From: Pseudomonadota bacterium
GTDB lineage: Bacteria; Pseudomonadota; Gammaproteobacteria; Burkholderiales; Burkholderiaceae_A
Direction: 5' to 3'
Assembly (NCBI GenBank): GCA_046048075.1
Contig: JBJOGU010000107.1
Coordinates: 1 to 41,250 of the forward strand
DNA length: 41,250 nucleotides
Position 1 is the first letter of the stretch; each line of letters begins with the position of its first letter. This document shows, in pieces, positions 40,688 through 41,250 of this stretch. Below the pieces are notes generated by a model. It did not search any database. It saw only the letters and a program-made list of their open reading frames with translations, and was not told the DNA's origin. The position numbers and the translations under genes are program-made.

Positions 40688-41250
40688 CTCAGTTTCCTCT
40701 CTGCAGATTCCATGGTGTTGACCAACAACATGGCGATGGTCATTGGTCCAACCCCGCCAGGGACAGGGCTGATGGCAGCGGCCACCTGGGCCACGCCATC
40801 GGTGTCCACGTCTCCCACCAGTCGACCATCGGCGAGACGATTAATTCCAACATCGATCACGATGGAACCTGGCTTGACCATGTCGGCTGTAATCATCTGG
40901 GGGCGCCCCACAGCGGCAATAAGAACATCGGCGCGTCGCGTATGGGCGCCCAGGTCTCGGGTCTTGCTGTTGCATAGCGTCACGGTGGCGCCGGCCTGAA
41001 GAAGGAGCATGGCCATGGGCTTTCCAACGATATTGCTGGCACCCACCACCACTGCCTCGGCCCCGCGAAGACTGGCCCCCAGGTGCTCGAGCATCTTCAT
41101 GACGCCGTAAGGCGTGCACGGGCGAAAAACGGGCGCGCCGGTCATCAGGGCGCCCGCATTGGCGATGTGAAATCCGTCTACATCCTTCTCGGCTGAGATG
41201 GCCTCGATCACTCTCTGATCGTCGATCTGATCAGGCAATGGAAGTTGGAC
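40684..41250 (-). CDS. folD: Methylenetetrahydrofolate dehydrogenase/cyclohydrolase FolD, 3' part
   Basis: [46 protein letters not shown]. 5' end outside window. Confidence 0.95.
   Translation of the reverse strand, partial: VQLPLPDQIDDQRVIEAISAEKDVDGFHIANAGALMTGAPVFRPCTPYGVMKMLEHLGASLRGAEAVVVGASNIVGKPMAMLLLQAGATVTLCNSKTRDLGAHTRRADVLIAAVGRPQMITADMVKPGSIVIDVGINRLADGRLVGDVDTDGVAQVAAAISPVPGGVGPMTIAMLLVNTMESAERKLR

Noticed and set aside
1-41250. CRISPR arrays, IS elements, rRNA, riboswitches
   Set aside because: None seen; the spacers are too short and no periodic repeats or transposase ORFs were found by eye.

Overview
A very gene-dense window of core chromosome, about 60% GC by eye. It is probably from a streamlined Betaproteobacterium (Burkholderiales-like), inferred from protein sequences and gene order. 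In order it holds: the 3' end of a GlcG/HbpS-family gene, class I fumarase, acs, tRNA-Ser(GGA), scpB-rluB, the rimP-nusA-infB-rbfA-truB-typA operon plus a PLP aminotransferase, mog/pmbA, the minus-strand yicC-gmk-rpoZ-spoT operon, rph-rdgB-hemW, and glnA-ntrB-ntrC with a clear sigma54/NtrC/IHF promoter. A long minus-strand run follows: folD(partial)-prlC-queC-xth-DsbD_2-ccoI-ccoS-ccoNOQP-ccoG-ccoH plus a small membrane gene. I see no mobile element, CRISPR array, prophage or defence system, and no clearly new multi-gene system. The best leads are regulatory or structural: (1) a perfect 11-bp-arm AT-rich palindrome upstream of ccoN with no canonical FNR box; (2) cbb3 assembly genes grafted onto a housekeeping operon; (3) reciprocal bidirectional -10 elements at all three divergent junctions, with mog and pmbA possibly both leaderless; (4) rbfA starting inside infB; (5) a divergent RdgB; (6) clustered substitutions on the periplasmic face of CcoN. 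Family comparisons are from recalled consensus sequences, not database searches.
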